64,000 nt of DNA, taken from positions 15,299 to 79,298 of the forward strand of contig JAFCFT010000002.1 in NCBI GenBank assembly GCA_017608505.1, read 5' to 3'. The stretch is from Candidatus Parvarchaeota archaeon. GTDB lineage: Archaea; Nanobdellota; Nanobdellia; WJKC01. Shown here one piece after another: positions 1-9,029 of this stretch. The position numbers and the translations under genes are program-made. The first letter of the stretch is position 1, and every line of letters begins with the position of its first letter. The notes beneath the pieces are model-generated. The model had not been told where the DNA came from, did not search any database, and saw nothing but the letters and a program-made list of their open reading frames with translations.

Positions 1-1
1 T

Positions 2-202
2 GCTTTAGGGATGCAAAAAGGGTTAAAAATTATAGAAAGCCTTTTAAAGGCAGAAACAGTCGATGATGAAATATTAAAATATGCTGTAAAGCATAAATGC
101 CTTGTATTGACCCTTGACAAAGAGCTTAAGAAAAAGCTTTTAAATGCCTCGTTGCGTGTTATTATCATGAGACAAAAACGGTACTTAAGGGTGATTGGTT
201 AA
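2..202 (+). CDS. C-terminal fragment of a PIN-domain protein (Fcf1/NOB1-like); the ORF is open to the window start
   Basis: Frame is open from position 2. The C-terminal 'LVLTLDKELKKKLLNASLRVIIMRQKRYL' resembles the Fcf1/Utp24-type PIN C-terminus. It lies upstream of rpoE'. Confidence 0.35.
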   Translation, partial: ALGMQKGLKIIESLLKAETVDDEILKYAVKHKCLVLTLDKELKKKLLNASLRVIIMRQKRYLRVIG

Positions 203-768
203 TGTATAAAATCCTGACAATGACAAGCAAAATCAGGGTGCCTCCAAAGTATTTTGGACTAGATGTTAAAGAAAGCATTGTTAAGGCCATAATGGAGGAC
301 TACGAGGGCTATTTGACGCCAAACCAAGAATTGCTTTTGTGTTTAATTGACATTAAAAGCATTGGAGACGGCATTATAATTCCTGGAGACGGCGCAATTT
401 ATTACAATTGCGAATTTGATATGCTTTCATACAAGCCAGTGCTTCATGAAGTTGTCGAAGGCACTATAACAGAGATAGCAGAATTCGGCGCTTTTGCAAA
501 AATAGGTCCCATAGAGGGCTTAATTCACCAAAGCCAAGTTATGGACGATTATGTCACTTATTCAAAATCAAAAACCCTTCAGGGCAAAAATACAAAAAGG
601 GTTTTAAAAGTCGGCGATAAAATCAGGGCAAGAGTTATTGCAGCAACTTTTAAAACACTTCAAACTGCAAAAATAGGTCTTACTATGAGGCAGCCTGGTC
701 TTGGCACTTTAAAATGGCTTGAAGAAGAAAGGCTTAAAGCGCAAAAGGTGGTGAAAAAAAGTGATTGA
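202..768 (+). CDS. rpoE1: DNA-directed RNA polymerase subunit E' (Rpo7), S1 domain
   Basis: 188 aa with an N-terminal Rpo7-like fold and a C-terminal S1/OB domain (GDKIRARVI). It is followed by spt4-S24e-S27ae, the conserved archaeal order. Confidence 0.8.
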   Translation: MYKILTMTSKIRVPPKYFGLDVKESIVKAIMEDYEGYLTPNQELLLCLIDIKSIGDGIIIPGDGAIYYNCEFDMLSYKPVLHEVVEGTITEIAEFGAFAKIGPIEGLIHQSQVMDDYVTYSKSKTLQGKNTKRVLKVGDKIRARVIAATFKTLQTAKIGLTMRQPGLGTLKWLEEERLKAQKVVKKSD

Positions 769-943
769 AAAGGCATGCTTAAAATGCAAGCGGATTGTCA
801 CTGGCAAGCAATGCCCAATTTGCAAGACAAGCAAGCTTAGCACAAAATGGAAAGGCTTGCTTATAATTCTTGATGCAAAAGAATCTAAAATTGCTGAAAA
901 AATGAATTTAACTGAGGGAAAATACGCATTAAAGGTGAAGTAA
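761..943 (+). CDS. spt4: Transcription elongation factor Spt4 / RNAP subunit E''
   Basis: 60 aa with a zinc ribbon CLKCK...CPICK. Its position after rpoE' is conserved in archaea. Confidence 0.7.
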   Translation: MIEKACLKCKRIVTGKQCPICKTSKLSTKWKGLLIILDAKESKIAEKMNLTEGKYALKVK

Positions 944-1324
944 ATGGAGCTTAAAATTTTGTCAGAAGAGGAAAACAAGTTGTTTAATAGGACTGAGATA
1001 AGATTTGAAGTAATACATGAAGGAGAGCCTACTCCAAGTCTTAATGACGTTAGGAGAAAGCTTGCTTTAACAACAGGAGGCATGTCAAGCCACATAGTTA
1101 TTGACAAATTTAAAACTCTTTTTGGCATTGGAAGAAGCATCGGCTTTGCGAGAATATATAAAAATAAAGATGATATGCTTGAATACGAGCCAGAATATTT
1201 ATTAAAGCGTAACGGCTTGCTCGAGGAAAAGAAAGAAGAAAAGGAGGGTGAAGTAAGTGGGGAAGAAAAGGAAGGAAGCAAAGAAGAAGGGGAAGAAGCA
1301 AAAAAAGAACAAGCTTCCGAGTAA
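944..1324 (+). CDS. rps24e: 30S ribosomal protein S24e
   Basis: S24e signature '[20 protein letters not shown]...[18 protein letters not shown]', plus a low-complexity E/K-rich tail. Confidence 0.85.
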   Translation: MELKILSEEENKLFNRTEIRFEVIHEGEPTPSLNDVRRKLALTTGGMSSHIVIDKFKTLFGIGRSIGFARIYKNKDDMLEYEPEYLLKRNGLLEEKKEEKEGEVSGEEKEGSKEEGEEAKKEQASE

Positions 1325-1466
1325 AAAATGGGAAAAATATGAAGTCCAAGGGGACTCTTTAAAGAGAAAAAGGTACTGCCCTCGTTGCGGGCCAGGCGTA
1401 TTTTTGGCAGAGCACAAAGACCGCTACACTTGCGGCGCGTGCGGATACGTAGAAATAAAAGAATGA
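1257..1466 (+). CDS. rps27ae: 30S ribosomal protein S27ae (S31e) zinc-ribbon protein
   Basis: '[29 protein letters not shown]' is the S27ae C4 ribbon. The ORF-track start is GTG at 1257, overlapping the S24e tail in another frame; the true start is uncertain. Confidence 0.75.
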   Translation: MGKKRKEAKKKGKKQKKNKLPSKKWEKYEVQGDSLKRKRYCPRCGPGVFLAEHKDRYTCGACGYVEIKE

Positions 1467-2060
1467 CTATTCGCAAAATTCTTTAAGTATGCTTGCAAGG
1501 TCTAACAGCGTTTCTTTTTCAGGCAAGTTTAATTCATTTATTTTGTCTGTTTTAATTGTGCATACGTAATAATCTGTAAGCGGCATTGGTATTTTGAAGA
1601 TGTTGCCTAGTTCTTCATATCCAAGCGCTATGCCAAGAATTATTTTGTTTTTATTAAACAAGTATCCTGCTGTAGCGCTAAAATTTTTTTTGTTAGGTTG
1701 CTCCAAATTTAATTCCATGATTGGACGCCTTTTAAAAAGAGAATTAAAAAAATCATTGTAGTCTGCAAAAAAAGTATAATATCCTGTTGATACGTTTGCT
1801 GGTTTTGGATAGTTTATTTGATTAAACATTATCCCTAGGTACTCGTTCTTTCTCATGCTATAAAGAGAAATTTGATAAATTGTTCCAGGGCCTATCTTGA
1901 CTTCAATTGTTTTAGAAGTATGGATTTTGTCTGGAAGAGTGTTAAGTGCTCTTGCATAAATTTCTTTTATTTCTTTTTTAACTTTTGCCTTTTTAGGCTT
2001 GCCTATTCTTTCTAAAAAGTTGCGCATCTTTTCGTACTCTTCTTTCCACATGAACTTCAA
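1467..2060 (-). CDS. hypothetical protein
   Basis: 197 aa ORF with codon usage like its neighbours. No motif recognised. Confidence 0.4.
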   Translation of the reverse strand: MKFMWKEEYEKMRNFLERIGKPKKAKVKKEIKEIYARALNTLPDKIHTSKTIEVKIGPGTIYQISLYSMRKNEYLGIMFNQINYPKPANVSTGYYTFFADYNDFFNSLFKRRPIMELNLEQPNKKNFSATAGYLFNKNKIILGIALGYEELGNIFKIPMPLTDYYVCTIKTDKINELNLPEKETLLDLASILKEFCE

Positions 2061-2105
2061 AAATTTAACACATTATTTATAAATTTTACTAAAATCTTAG
2101 TATAT

Positions 2106-3077
2106 ATGATATGTCTTGGAATTGAAAGCACAGCCCACACTTTTGGAATAGGCATTGTTACGCATGACAAAATTCTTGCAAATGTAAGAGACTCTTACGC
2201 GCCAAAAGAAGGAGGGATTCATCCAAGAGAAGCTTCAGAACATCATGCAAGCGTTTGTGACAGCGTTCTTAAGCAGGCATTAAAAAAAGCAAAAATAAGT
2301 CTTGAGCAAGTAGACCTTGTGGCGTTTTCTAATGCTCCTGGCATTGCGCACATGCTTCGCGTTGGCGCAGTGTTTGCAAGAACTCTTTCAAAAGTTTTGA
2401 AAGTTCCTCTAGTGCCTGTTAACCACTGCATTGCGCATGTGGAGATTGGCAGGAGAACTGTAGGATGCAAAGACCCAGTGACTTTGTATGTTTCAGGTGC
2501 AAATACGCAAATAATTGCCTATCAAGGAGGTCTTTACAGGATATTTGCAGAAACTTTGGACATGGGTGTTGGAAATTTTATTGACACGTTTGCGCGTTAT
2601 GCAGGCATCCCATTTCCCGGAGGCCCGGTGATTGAAAAATTAGCTAAAAAGGGCAAGTATGTTGAGTTGCCTTATAGTGTCAAAGGCATGGACGTATCTT
2701 TTACAGGCATTTTAACTAATTTGCGCAACAAGCTTAAAACTCACAGATTAGAGGACCTTTGCTACTCAATGCAGGAGCATGTGTTTGCAATGCTTGTAGA
2801 AGTTTCTGAGCGGGCTCTCGCTCACATGCAAAAAAACGAGCTTTTGCTTACAGGTGGCGTTGCAAGCAACTCGCGCTTAAGAGAAATGTGCAAAGTCATG
2901 TGCAAAGATAGGGGCGCCAAATTTTATGTGCCAAAAAAAGAGTATTGCGTTGACAATGGTGCAATGATTGCAGTTCTTGGACTGCTTATGCATGATTCTG
3001 GCGCAAAATTCAAGAAAAAAGATTATTGCATTAATCAGAGGCAGAGAACTGACGAGGTGAAAGTGTTATGGCGCTAG
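2106..3077 (+). CDS. kae1: tRNA N6-adenosine threonylcarbamoyltransferase Kae1 (KEOPS)
   Basis: ASKHA fold motifs 'LGIESTAHTFGIGIV' and 'HCIAHVEIG' (metal-binding His), and 'VDNGAMIA'. It overlaps bud32 by 10 nt. Confidence 0.85.
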   Translation: MICLGIESTAHTFGIGIVTHDKILANVRDSYAPKEGGIHPREASEHHASVCDSVLKQALKKAKISLEQVDLVAFSNAPGIAHMLRVGAVFARTLSKVLKVPLVPVNHCIAHVEIGRRTVGCKDPVTLYVSGANTQIIAYQGGLYRIFAETLDMGVGNFIDTFARYAGIPFPGGPVIEKLAKKGKYVELPYSVKGMDVSFTGILTNLRNKLKTHRLEDLCYSMQEHVFAMLVEVSERALAHMQKNELLLTGGVASNSRLREMCKVMCKDRGAKFYVPKKEYCVDNGAMIAVLGLLMHDSGAKFKKKDYCINQRQRTDEVKVLWR

Positions 3078-3673
3078 TGCTAATAGCGCAAGGTGCTGAA
3101 AGCAAATTATACAGAGATGGGGACAAACTGATTAAGGAAAGGGTAAAAAAGGCCTATAGAATTTCTGCTTTAGACAAACGGCTCAGGAAACACAGGAACA
3201 GGCGAGAAGCTAAAGCAATGCGTGAAGCTTCAAAGCTAATAAAAGTGCCAAAAATTCTTGAAGTTTCTGAATACAAGATAGTGATGAATTACATTGACGG
3301 AGACATTTTAAGGGATGTTTTCTCTGATTTAAGCAAAAAAGACTTTAAGCATGTCTGCAGAACTATTGGCGAATACATAAGAAAATTGCATTCTCGCAAC
3401 ATCATACACGGCGACCTTACTACAAGCAACATGATACTTAAAGGCAAGGATTTATATTTCATAGACTTTGGATTAAGCGAGATTTCAGGCAAAGCAGAGG
3501 CAAAAGCAGTTGATTTGCATGTCTTAAAAGAGGCATTAAACAGCAGGCACCACGACATTGCAAAAAAAGCTTGGAAGCTTATCAGCAAGTCATACGGCGA
3601 TAAGGAAGTTCTAGACCGCCTAAAAATTGTTGAGTCAAGGGGAAGGAAGAAGATAAAAACATGTCTTGATTAG
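3068..3673 (+). CDS. bud32: KEOPS kinase Bud32 (atypical small protein kinase)
   Basis: 'IIHGDLTTSNMIL' catalytic loop and 'FIDFGLS' DFG-like motif, about 200 aa. It directly follows kae1. Confidence 0.75.
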   Translation: MALVLIAQGAESKLYRDGDKLIKERVKKAYRISALDKRLRKHRNRREAKAMREASKLIKVPKILEVSEYKIVMNYIDGDILRDVFSDLSKKDFKHVCRTIGEYIRKLHSRNIIHGDLTTSNMILKGKDLYFIDFGLSEISGKAEAKAVDLHVLKEALNSRHHDIAKKAWKLISKSYGDKEVLDRLKIVESRGRKKIKTCLD

Positions 3674-3682
3674 TATTTTACA

Positions 3683-4837
3683 ATGAAGAATAGTGTTTTA
3701 AAAAACAAAAAGCTTTTGACATTCTCTCTTGCTTCATTTTTAAATGACTTAGGAAGCGACATAGTCTCATCCCTTTGGCCCATGTTTGTTGTTTCTGTTT
3801 TAGGCGCAAACCTTGCTTTTCTTGGCTTTATTGACGGCCTAGGCAAGGCAGTTGTATCAATTTCCAAAGGTTTTTCAGGCTATTTATCTGATAAAATTAG
3901 AAACAGAAAAATATTTGTATGGACCGGCTATTTAATGAGCGGCGCGTCAAGAATCGGCTATGCATTGTCCGCTAATGCTTTGCTTTTAGTCCCTTTTAAA
4001 ATACTTGATCGCTCTGGCAAAGTAAGGGGCGCCCCGCGTGATGCCATGGTTGCTTCTTTAACAGAAAAAAAACACAGAGGCACTGCCTTTGGATTTCTAA
4101 GAGCCATGGACACTTTAGGGGCTGTAGCAGGCACTATAATCGCCTTTTCATTGCTTGGCTTTTTAGGATATAGAAATCTATTTCTGCTTGCAGCAATTCC
4201 ATCACTTATTGGCGGACTCCTCATATTCTTTTTCATTAAAGAAAAGCGCAAAGGCAAGCTGTTTAAAGGTTTCTCATTTAGAAACTTAAACAGAAATCTT
4301 AAAGTTTTCTTTGTCGCGCACGTGCTTTTTTCGTTTGCATTCATGAGCTACTCATTTATAATGGTTCTTGCAAGAGTCTATGGCGTAAGCGAGCCTTTGC
4401 TCCCTCTTTTTTATCTTTTATTTAATGTGGTGTATTTTTCGTTTGCGTATCCTCTAGGCAGATATTCTGATAAAATTGGCAGAAAAAAGGTATTGCTGCT
4501 CTCATACTCAATATTTGCGTTGCTTTGCGTCATTGCTTTTGCAACAAACGTTTATTCTGTGTTCTTGCTTTTCATACTTTTTGGTTTTGTTAAAGCAGGG
4601 GTTGACCCAGTTACTACAAGCTTTATATCAGACCTTTCACCAGCGCAAGGGCGTGCTAGCGTGCTTGGCGCATTTCAAATGGCAGCAGGACTTTCTGCCC
4701 TCCCAGCAGGCTTGATACTTGGAATGCTTTGGGATTTTTACGGATTGGCAGCGCCATTTACATATTCGCTTGCGCTTACACTGCTTGCAATAGCAACATT
4801 AACAAGAATTAAAGGAGGCAGTCCAAATGATTTTTGA
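3683..4837 (+). CDS. MFS-type transporter
   Basis: 384 aa with about 12 predicted TM helices. It has an MFS motif-A-like 'GYLSDKIRNRK' and a second-half 'GRYSDKIGRKK'. Confidence 0.65.
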   Translation: MKNSVLKNKKLLTFSLASFLNDLGSDIVSSLWPMFVVSVLGANLAFLGFIDGLGKAVVSISKGFSGYLSDKIRNRKIFVWTGYLMSGASRIGYALSANALLLVPFKILDRSGKVRGAPRDAMVASLTEKKHRGTAFGFLRAMDTLGAVAGTIIAFSLLGFLGYRNLFLLAAIPSLIGGLLIFFFIKEKRKGKLFKGFSFRNLNRNLKVFFVAHVLFSFAFMSYSFIMVLARVYGVSEPLLPLFYLLFNVVYFSFAYPLGRYSDKIGRKKVLLLSYSIFALLCVIAFATNVYSVFLLFILFGFVKAGVDPVTTSFISDLSPAQGRASVLGAFQMAAGLSALPAGLILGMLWDFYGLAAPFTYSLALTLLAIATLTRIKGGSPNDF

Positions 4838-5762
4838 ATTTTTTTCAATGTTATTAAGCGCTTTTTTGCTTGCTTACTTAAGTCCAAAAGTTGTTAATTA
4901 TGCGTCAGCCATTGCCAAAGCCTCAAAAATATCTCCCCTAATAATTGGAATGCTTGTTATAGGGATTGGAACTTCTATTCCAGAAATAAGCAATTCTTTA
5001 ATATCTTCTGTATTAGGGCACGGAGACATAAATGTTGGCGACACTATTGGGTCTTCAATTTCGCAGATAACTCTTGTTTTAGGCATATGCGTGCTAATAG
5101 ACGGCTTTACAAATATAAAAAGAGATGACATATTGGTTCTTGGTTTAAGCACTGTACTTGCTTCCGTATTGTGCGCTGTAGTTGTAGCTAAAAATGCAAT
5201 AACTCGTCTTGACGGTTTTTTGCTTGTAATTTCTTATTTTGCTATAATCACTGTTCTTAGAAATTACATTAAAAAAGGATATTTCCCGTTAGAAACTGAA
5301 GAAAGGGTTTTTGAGGCGAAAAAGAAGCTTTACGCATTTAAACTTATAATTACCACTTTAGGCGTTGTTTTTGGTTCTTATGTGCTTGTAAGTTCTGTTA
5401 TTTCGCTTTCTAGAACTCTTAATATTCCAGAGTTCATTATAAGCTTTGTTGCTGTTGGCATCAGCACGTCGCTTCCAGAAATAGTGATAGGCGTTTCAGC
5501 AGTAAGACAAAAAGAGTACGAGTTAGTCTTTGGGGATATATTTGGCAGCAACATTGTTGACACTACGCTTTCGCTTGGCTTTGGTCCCATAATAGCTCCT
5601 AATTATCTCTATGATAATGCGATTAGAGCAACAAGCTGCTACTTAATTCTTGTGACATTCATTGTCACACTAATTTTTGCTACAAGGCAAAGAGTTAGCA
5701 AGAAATGGGGTTTTCTACTTTTAGGTCTGTACTTAGCATCAATGCCCCTTCTTATTCAGTAA
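4827..5762 (+). CDS. Na+/Ca2+ exchanger family (CaCA/YrbG-like) membrane protein
   Basis: Two alpha-repeat motifs 'GTSIPEI' and 'GISTSLPEIV', and the internal duplicated membrane topology typical of CaCA. Confidence 0.7.
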   Translation: MIFEFFSMLLSAFLLAYLSPKVVNYASAIAKASKISPLIIGMLVIGIGTSIPEISNSLISSVLGHGDINVGDTIGSSISQITLVLGICVLIDGFTNIKRDDILVLGLSTVLASVLCAVVVAKNAITRLDGFLLVISYFAIITVLRNYIKKGYFPLETEERVFEAKKKLYAFKLIITTLGVVFGSYVLVSSVISLSRTLNIPEFIISFVAVGISTSLPEIVIGVSAVRQKEYELVFGDIFGSNIVDTTLSLGFGPIIAPNYLYDNAIRATSCYLILVTFIVTLIFATRQRVSKKWGFLLLGLYLASMPLLIQ

Positions 5763-5770
5763 TTTCCATC

Positions 5771-5800
5771 GAAGGGGTTTTAACCCCTTTCGAAACCCCC
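5771..5800. terminator. GC-rich palindromic hairpin between convergent genes (bidirectional terminator candidate)
   Basis: 'AAGGGGTTTTAACCCCTT' is self-complementary, followed by 'TCGAAACCCCCTTT'. It lies between the stop codons of the CaCA gene (+) and rps10 (-). Confidence 0.4.
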
Positions 5801-5814
5801 TTTAAAAATATGCT

Positions 5815-6123
5815 TTATTCAGTAATTTCCATTTCCATGTTTATACTTTTTGGGATTTGAATTCTCATAATAAGTCTTAATGCCCGCTCGTCCACACCCA
5901 AGTCTATTATTCTTTTGTGAATTCGCATTTCCCAAGTTTCGAACGTTTCGCGCCCCTGACCGCAAGGACTTCTTCTTGTAGGCACTCTTAGCTTTTTAGT
6001 TGGCAATGGAATAGGTCCTCTCATGTCCACTCCTGTCTTTTCAGCAATCTCTTTAATTTGATTGCAGATACTCAAGAGTGCTTCAGGTTCTGTGCTTGAT
6101 AGCTTTATCCTTGCTCTAGGCAT
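5815..6123 (-). CDS. rps10: 30S ribosomal protein S10 (uS10)
   Basis: '[13 protein letters not shown]...[41 protein letters not shown]' is a classical S10 sequence. Confidence 0.9.
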   Translation of the reverse strand: MPRARIKLSSTEPEALLSICNQIKEIAEKTGVDMRGPIPLPTKKLRVPTRRSPCGQGRETFETWEMRIHKRIIDLGVDERALRLIMRIQIPKSINMEMEITE

Positions 6124-6221
6124 AAGTACACAGGAATAATATTTGCTTTTTAAAAGTTTCGAAAAACAGTATTCAGTAGTAAATATATCTTTAAATTATT
6201 GAATATATTCTTTTTAAAGCA

Positions 6222-6830
6222 ATGAGCAAGGAAGTTGAATTACTAAAACAATTAGTGGAGTATGTTAAAGAAGTATATAATATCTCAATAACTGCTAATT
6301 ATATGTCTGAACAGCGCATAGACTTAGTGCGCATGTTAGGTTTGCAGGAAAAATTAAGAGATTCTAATCTTTTTTTTATCTATAAGGATGGAAATTATGA
6401 AATTGAAGGCAGTAAAGAGGATCTATACAAGTGTTGCGAATTATTTGCTGACAAAATAATCAAAAATTTTTTTGATAGAGAGGGATATACGCATGACTAC
6501 AGCTTAAATGTAGCCAGAAATCTTTATTCTTTAATAGGAAACGATCCTAAGAAGGTGGATGAAAAATTAAAATACTTAATAGATAGGGACTCAATGGTTG
6601 TCAAGTTATTAGAACAAGGCAGATTAGAGGATGCAACAAACATATACTATCATGAACTGGGCAAAATAATAGGGTCCAAGCCAATGAGTCTGCTAGAAAA
6701 ATGCTTTAAAACTGCGTTAAAGAATGATGATTATGATGTTGCTAAAAGAATTGCTGAAATGCTTAGATACAGAAACAGCAAGTTAATGAAAAAACTTAAG
6801 AAGAAAAGAAAAAAGAAGTTTACTTCTTAG
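6222..6830 (+). CDS. hypothetical protein inserted between tuf and rps10
   Basis: 202 aa ORF with a basic C-terminal tail. It overlaps the tuf stop region by 11 nt on the opposite strand. No motif recognised. Confidence 0.4.
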   Translation: MSKEVELLKQLVEYVKEVYNISITANYMSEQRIDLVRMLGLQEKLRDSNLFFIYKDGNYEIEGSKEDLYKCCELFADKIIKNFFDREGYTHDYSLNVARNLYSLIGNDPKKVDEKLKYLIDRDSMVVKLLEQGRLEDATNIYYHELGKIIGSKPMSLLEKCFKTALKNDDYDVAKRIAEMLRYRNSKLMKKLKKKRKKKFTS

Positions 6831-8112
6831 CTTCTCCCTTTGGAGTCCCTTTTTCAGTTACTTCTATGCACATTCCTGCGCCAATTGTCTTGCCCATGTC
6901 TCTGATAGCGAAGTTAGCTAGTTGAGGGATTTTTGACTTTTCTTCAATTACTAACGGCTTTGTAGGCCTTATCAAGACAATTGCTGCATCTCCTTTTCTC
7001 AGAACTTCTGGGTTCTCTTCTTTAGTTGCTCCTGTCATTGGGTCAAGCTTTTTAAGTAGCTTTTCAAAAGTGCATGCTACTTGCGCTGTGTGCGCGTGGA
7101 ACACAGGTGTGTATCCTGCAGTAATTACTGTAGGATGGTCAAGCACGATTATTTGCGCTTTGAATTGCTTTGCAATTGTCGGCGGGTTGTCTGGGTGTCC
7201 GCACACGTCTCCTCTCTTAATGTCATTTTTTCCGACGCCTCTGACGTTGAATCCAATGTTGTCTCCTGGTTCTGCCATAGGCACTGCTTCATGGTGCATT
7301 TCAATGCTCTTTACTTCTCCGCTAGCTCCTGATGGGTAGAACACCACTTTGTCATTTACTTTTAATACGCCTGTTTGGACCTTTCCAACTGGAACTGCCC
7401 CTATGCCTGTTATTGAGTAGACATCTTGTATTGGGATTCTTAATGGAAGGTCTACTGGTTTTTCAGGCATTACAATGTTGTCAAGAGCATCTACAAGCGT
7501 TGGGCCTTTGTACCATGGCGTGTTTTCGCTTTTCTTTGCTACATTATCCCCTTTAATAGCGCTTACTGCTAAAAACACTGTTTTAGATACGTCAAAGCCT
7601 GCCATTTTTAGCCTTGATGCTACGTCTTCTTTTACTTCATTCCATCTCTTTTCGTCGTAATTCACTACATCCATTTTGTTTATTGCTACAATCATTTGTT
7701 TTACTCCAAGGGTTCTGCACAAGAAGATGTGTTCTTTTGTTTGGTCCATGACGCCGTCCCTAGCATCAACTACTAGAACTGCAGCGTCAGCTTGAGACGC
7801 TCCGGTAATCATGTTCTTAACGAAGTCCCTGTGCCCAGGAGCGTCAATAATCGTGAACGTGTATTTTTGAGTGTCGAATTTTTTATGCGACAACTCTATT
7901 GTCAATCCCCTTTTTCTTTCCTGCTCTGTTGAGTCTGTCAAATAAGCATACTCCCATGTAGTCTTTCCAAGCTCTTCTGCCTTTTTCTTAAATTTTTCCA
8001 ACTCCTGCTGCGTTAAGGCCCCCGTTTCAAAGAACAATCTACCGATGAGCGTACTCTTTCCGTGATCAACGTGTCCTACGAAGATCAAGTTCAAGTGTGG
8101 TTTTTTTGCCAT
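6820..8112 (-). CDS. tuf: Translation elongation factor 1-alpha (aEF-1A)
   Basis: '[10 protein letters not shown]', 'DAPGHRDF' and 'NKMD' GTPase motifs, 430 aa. Confidence 0.95.
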   Translation of the reverse strand: MAKKPHLNLIFVGHVDHGKSTLIGRLFFETGALTQQELEKFKKKAEELGKTTWEYAYLTDSTEQERKRGLTIELSHKKFDTQKYTFTIIDAPGHRDFVKNMITGASQADAAVLVVDARDGVMDQTKEHIFLCRTLGVKQMIVAINKMDVVNYDEKRWNEVKEDVASRLKMAGFDVSKTVFLAVSAIKGDNVAKKSENTPWYKGPTLVDALDNIVMPEKPVDLPLRIPIQDVYSITGIGAVPVGKVQTGVLKVNDKVVFYPSGASGEVKSIEMHHEAVPMAEPGDNIGFNVRGVGKNDIKRGDVCGHPDNPPTIAKQFKAQIIVLDHPTVITAGYTPVFHAHTAQVACTFEKLLKKLDPMTGATKEENPEVLRKGDAAIVLIRPTKPLVIEEKSKIPQLANFAIRDMGKTIGAGMCIEVTEKGTPKGEAKK

Positions 8113-8152
8113 AATTAAAACCTCCTTTTTTGTTTAAGAAATTGAGAAAAAG

Positions 8153-9016
8153 TCATCTATTTTTAAGTATTTCGGTTTGCATATATGATGTTATATCATT
8201 TATTTCCTGTTCCTTCAAAAGTTGTGCGCATATTATGTCTATATCAAATTTGTGCGTCTTGATTGCTTTATTGTATATTTCTTTTAATATGTTATATTCT
8301 TTATATTCATTCATTAATTCTTTGTATAATTTTATTGCTTTTTCTTTGTCATTAAGTAGTTTGCCGTATATCCTCACATGTAGCAGTCTTATTGCAATAT
8401 CGCATCTATCACAAGCACGAGCGCTTGGGAGACTCCAGTTCATTACGCAGTCCTTACTGTATTTACAATGAGTTTGGTACCCAAATAAGTGGAATGCCTC
8501 ATGTACGCCTAATTTTTCAAGCAGTTTTAATGAAGACTGATTATGCGGATAAACCAATATGGCGCCTGTAGCATATAAAGATTCACCCCAGTCATCTTGA
8601 CGTTTATAAAATGGTTTGTCTACAAATATTATGTCTCCATGAGGATTGTACTTTCTATAATTTTCATAAGCTAAATTTGCCATTGTTGTATCCACGTCAA
8701 CTAATTTTCCTTTGTATTCCAGCCCAGGAAAAGATTCATATTCTCCGCAATCGATTATTTTAAAATCAAGAGAATAATTCTTTAAAAATTTTTTAACACC
8801 ATTTATAAATGTCTTTTTAACTTGTGTTTTAATGCCTTTTTTGGAGAAGACTCTAATTTCTTTACCTTTAAGCCAATTTTCAGTATTATAATTGTTATGC
8901 AACAAATCAGGTCTTATTTTTTTAGTATCTTTTCTGAAACTACTGATATTCATTTTAAGGATATCTGAGCCACCGCCATAATTCATAATCCATCTATCAA
9001 GAGAGGACGCATTCAT
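8153..9016 (-). CDS. Archaemetzincin-like zinc metallopeptidase
   Basis: 'HEAFHLFGYQTHCKYSKDCVMN...CDRC' matches the archaemetzincin HExxHxxG...C...CxM...CxxC architecture with slightly different spacings. Confidence 0.5.
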   Translation of the reverse strand: MNASSLDRWIMNYGGGSDILKMNISSFRKDTKKIRPDLLHNNYNTENWLKGKEIRVFSKKGIKTQVKKTFINGVKKFLKNYSLDFKIIDCGEYESFPGLEYKGKLVDVDTTMANLAYENYRKYNPHGDIIFVDKPFYKRQDDWGESLYATGAILVYPHNQSSLKLLEKLGVHEAFHLFGYQTHCKYSKDCVMNWSLPSARACDRCDIAIRLLHVRIYGKLLNDKEKAIKLYKELMNEYKEYNILKEIYNKAIKTHKFDIDIICAQLLKEQEINDITSYMQTEILKNR

Positions 9017-9029
9017 TAGAATTTCCTCC

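Noticed and set aside
8130-8471. 113-aa + strand ORF opposite the archaemetzincin-like gene, plus many other 60-120 aa ORFs antisense to rpo, fusA, tuf, hsdR and other genes.
   Set aside because: These are shadow ORFs on the opposite strand of long, well-supported genes. Their composition is low-complexity and Cys/Phe/Leu-rich, typical of antisense frames in AT-rich DNA.
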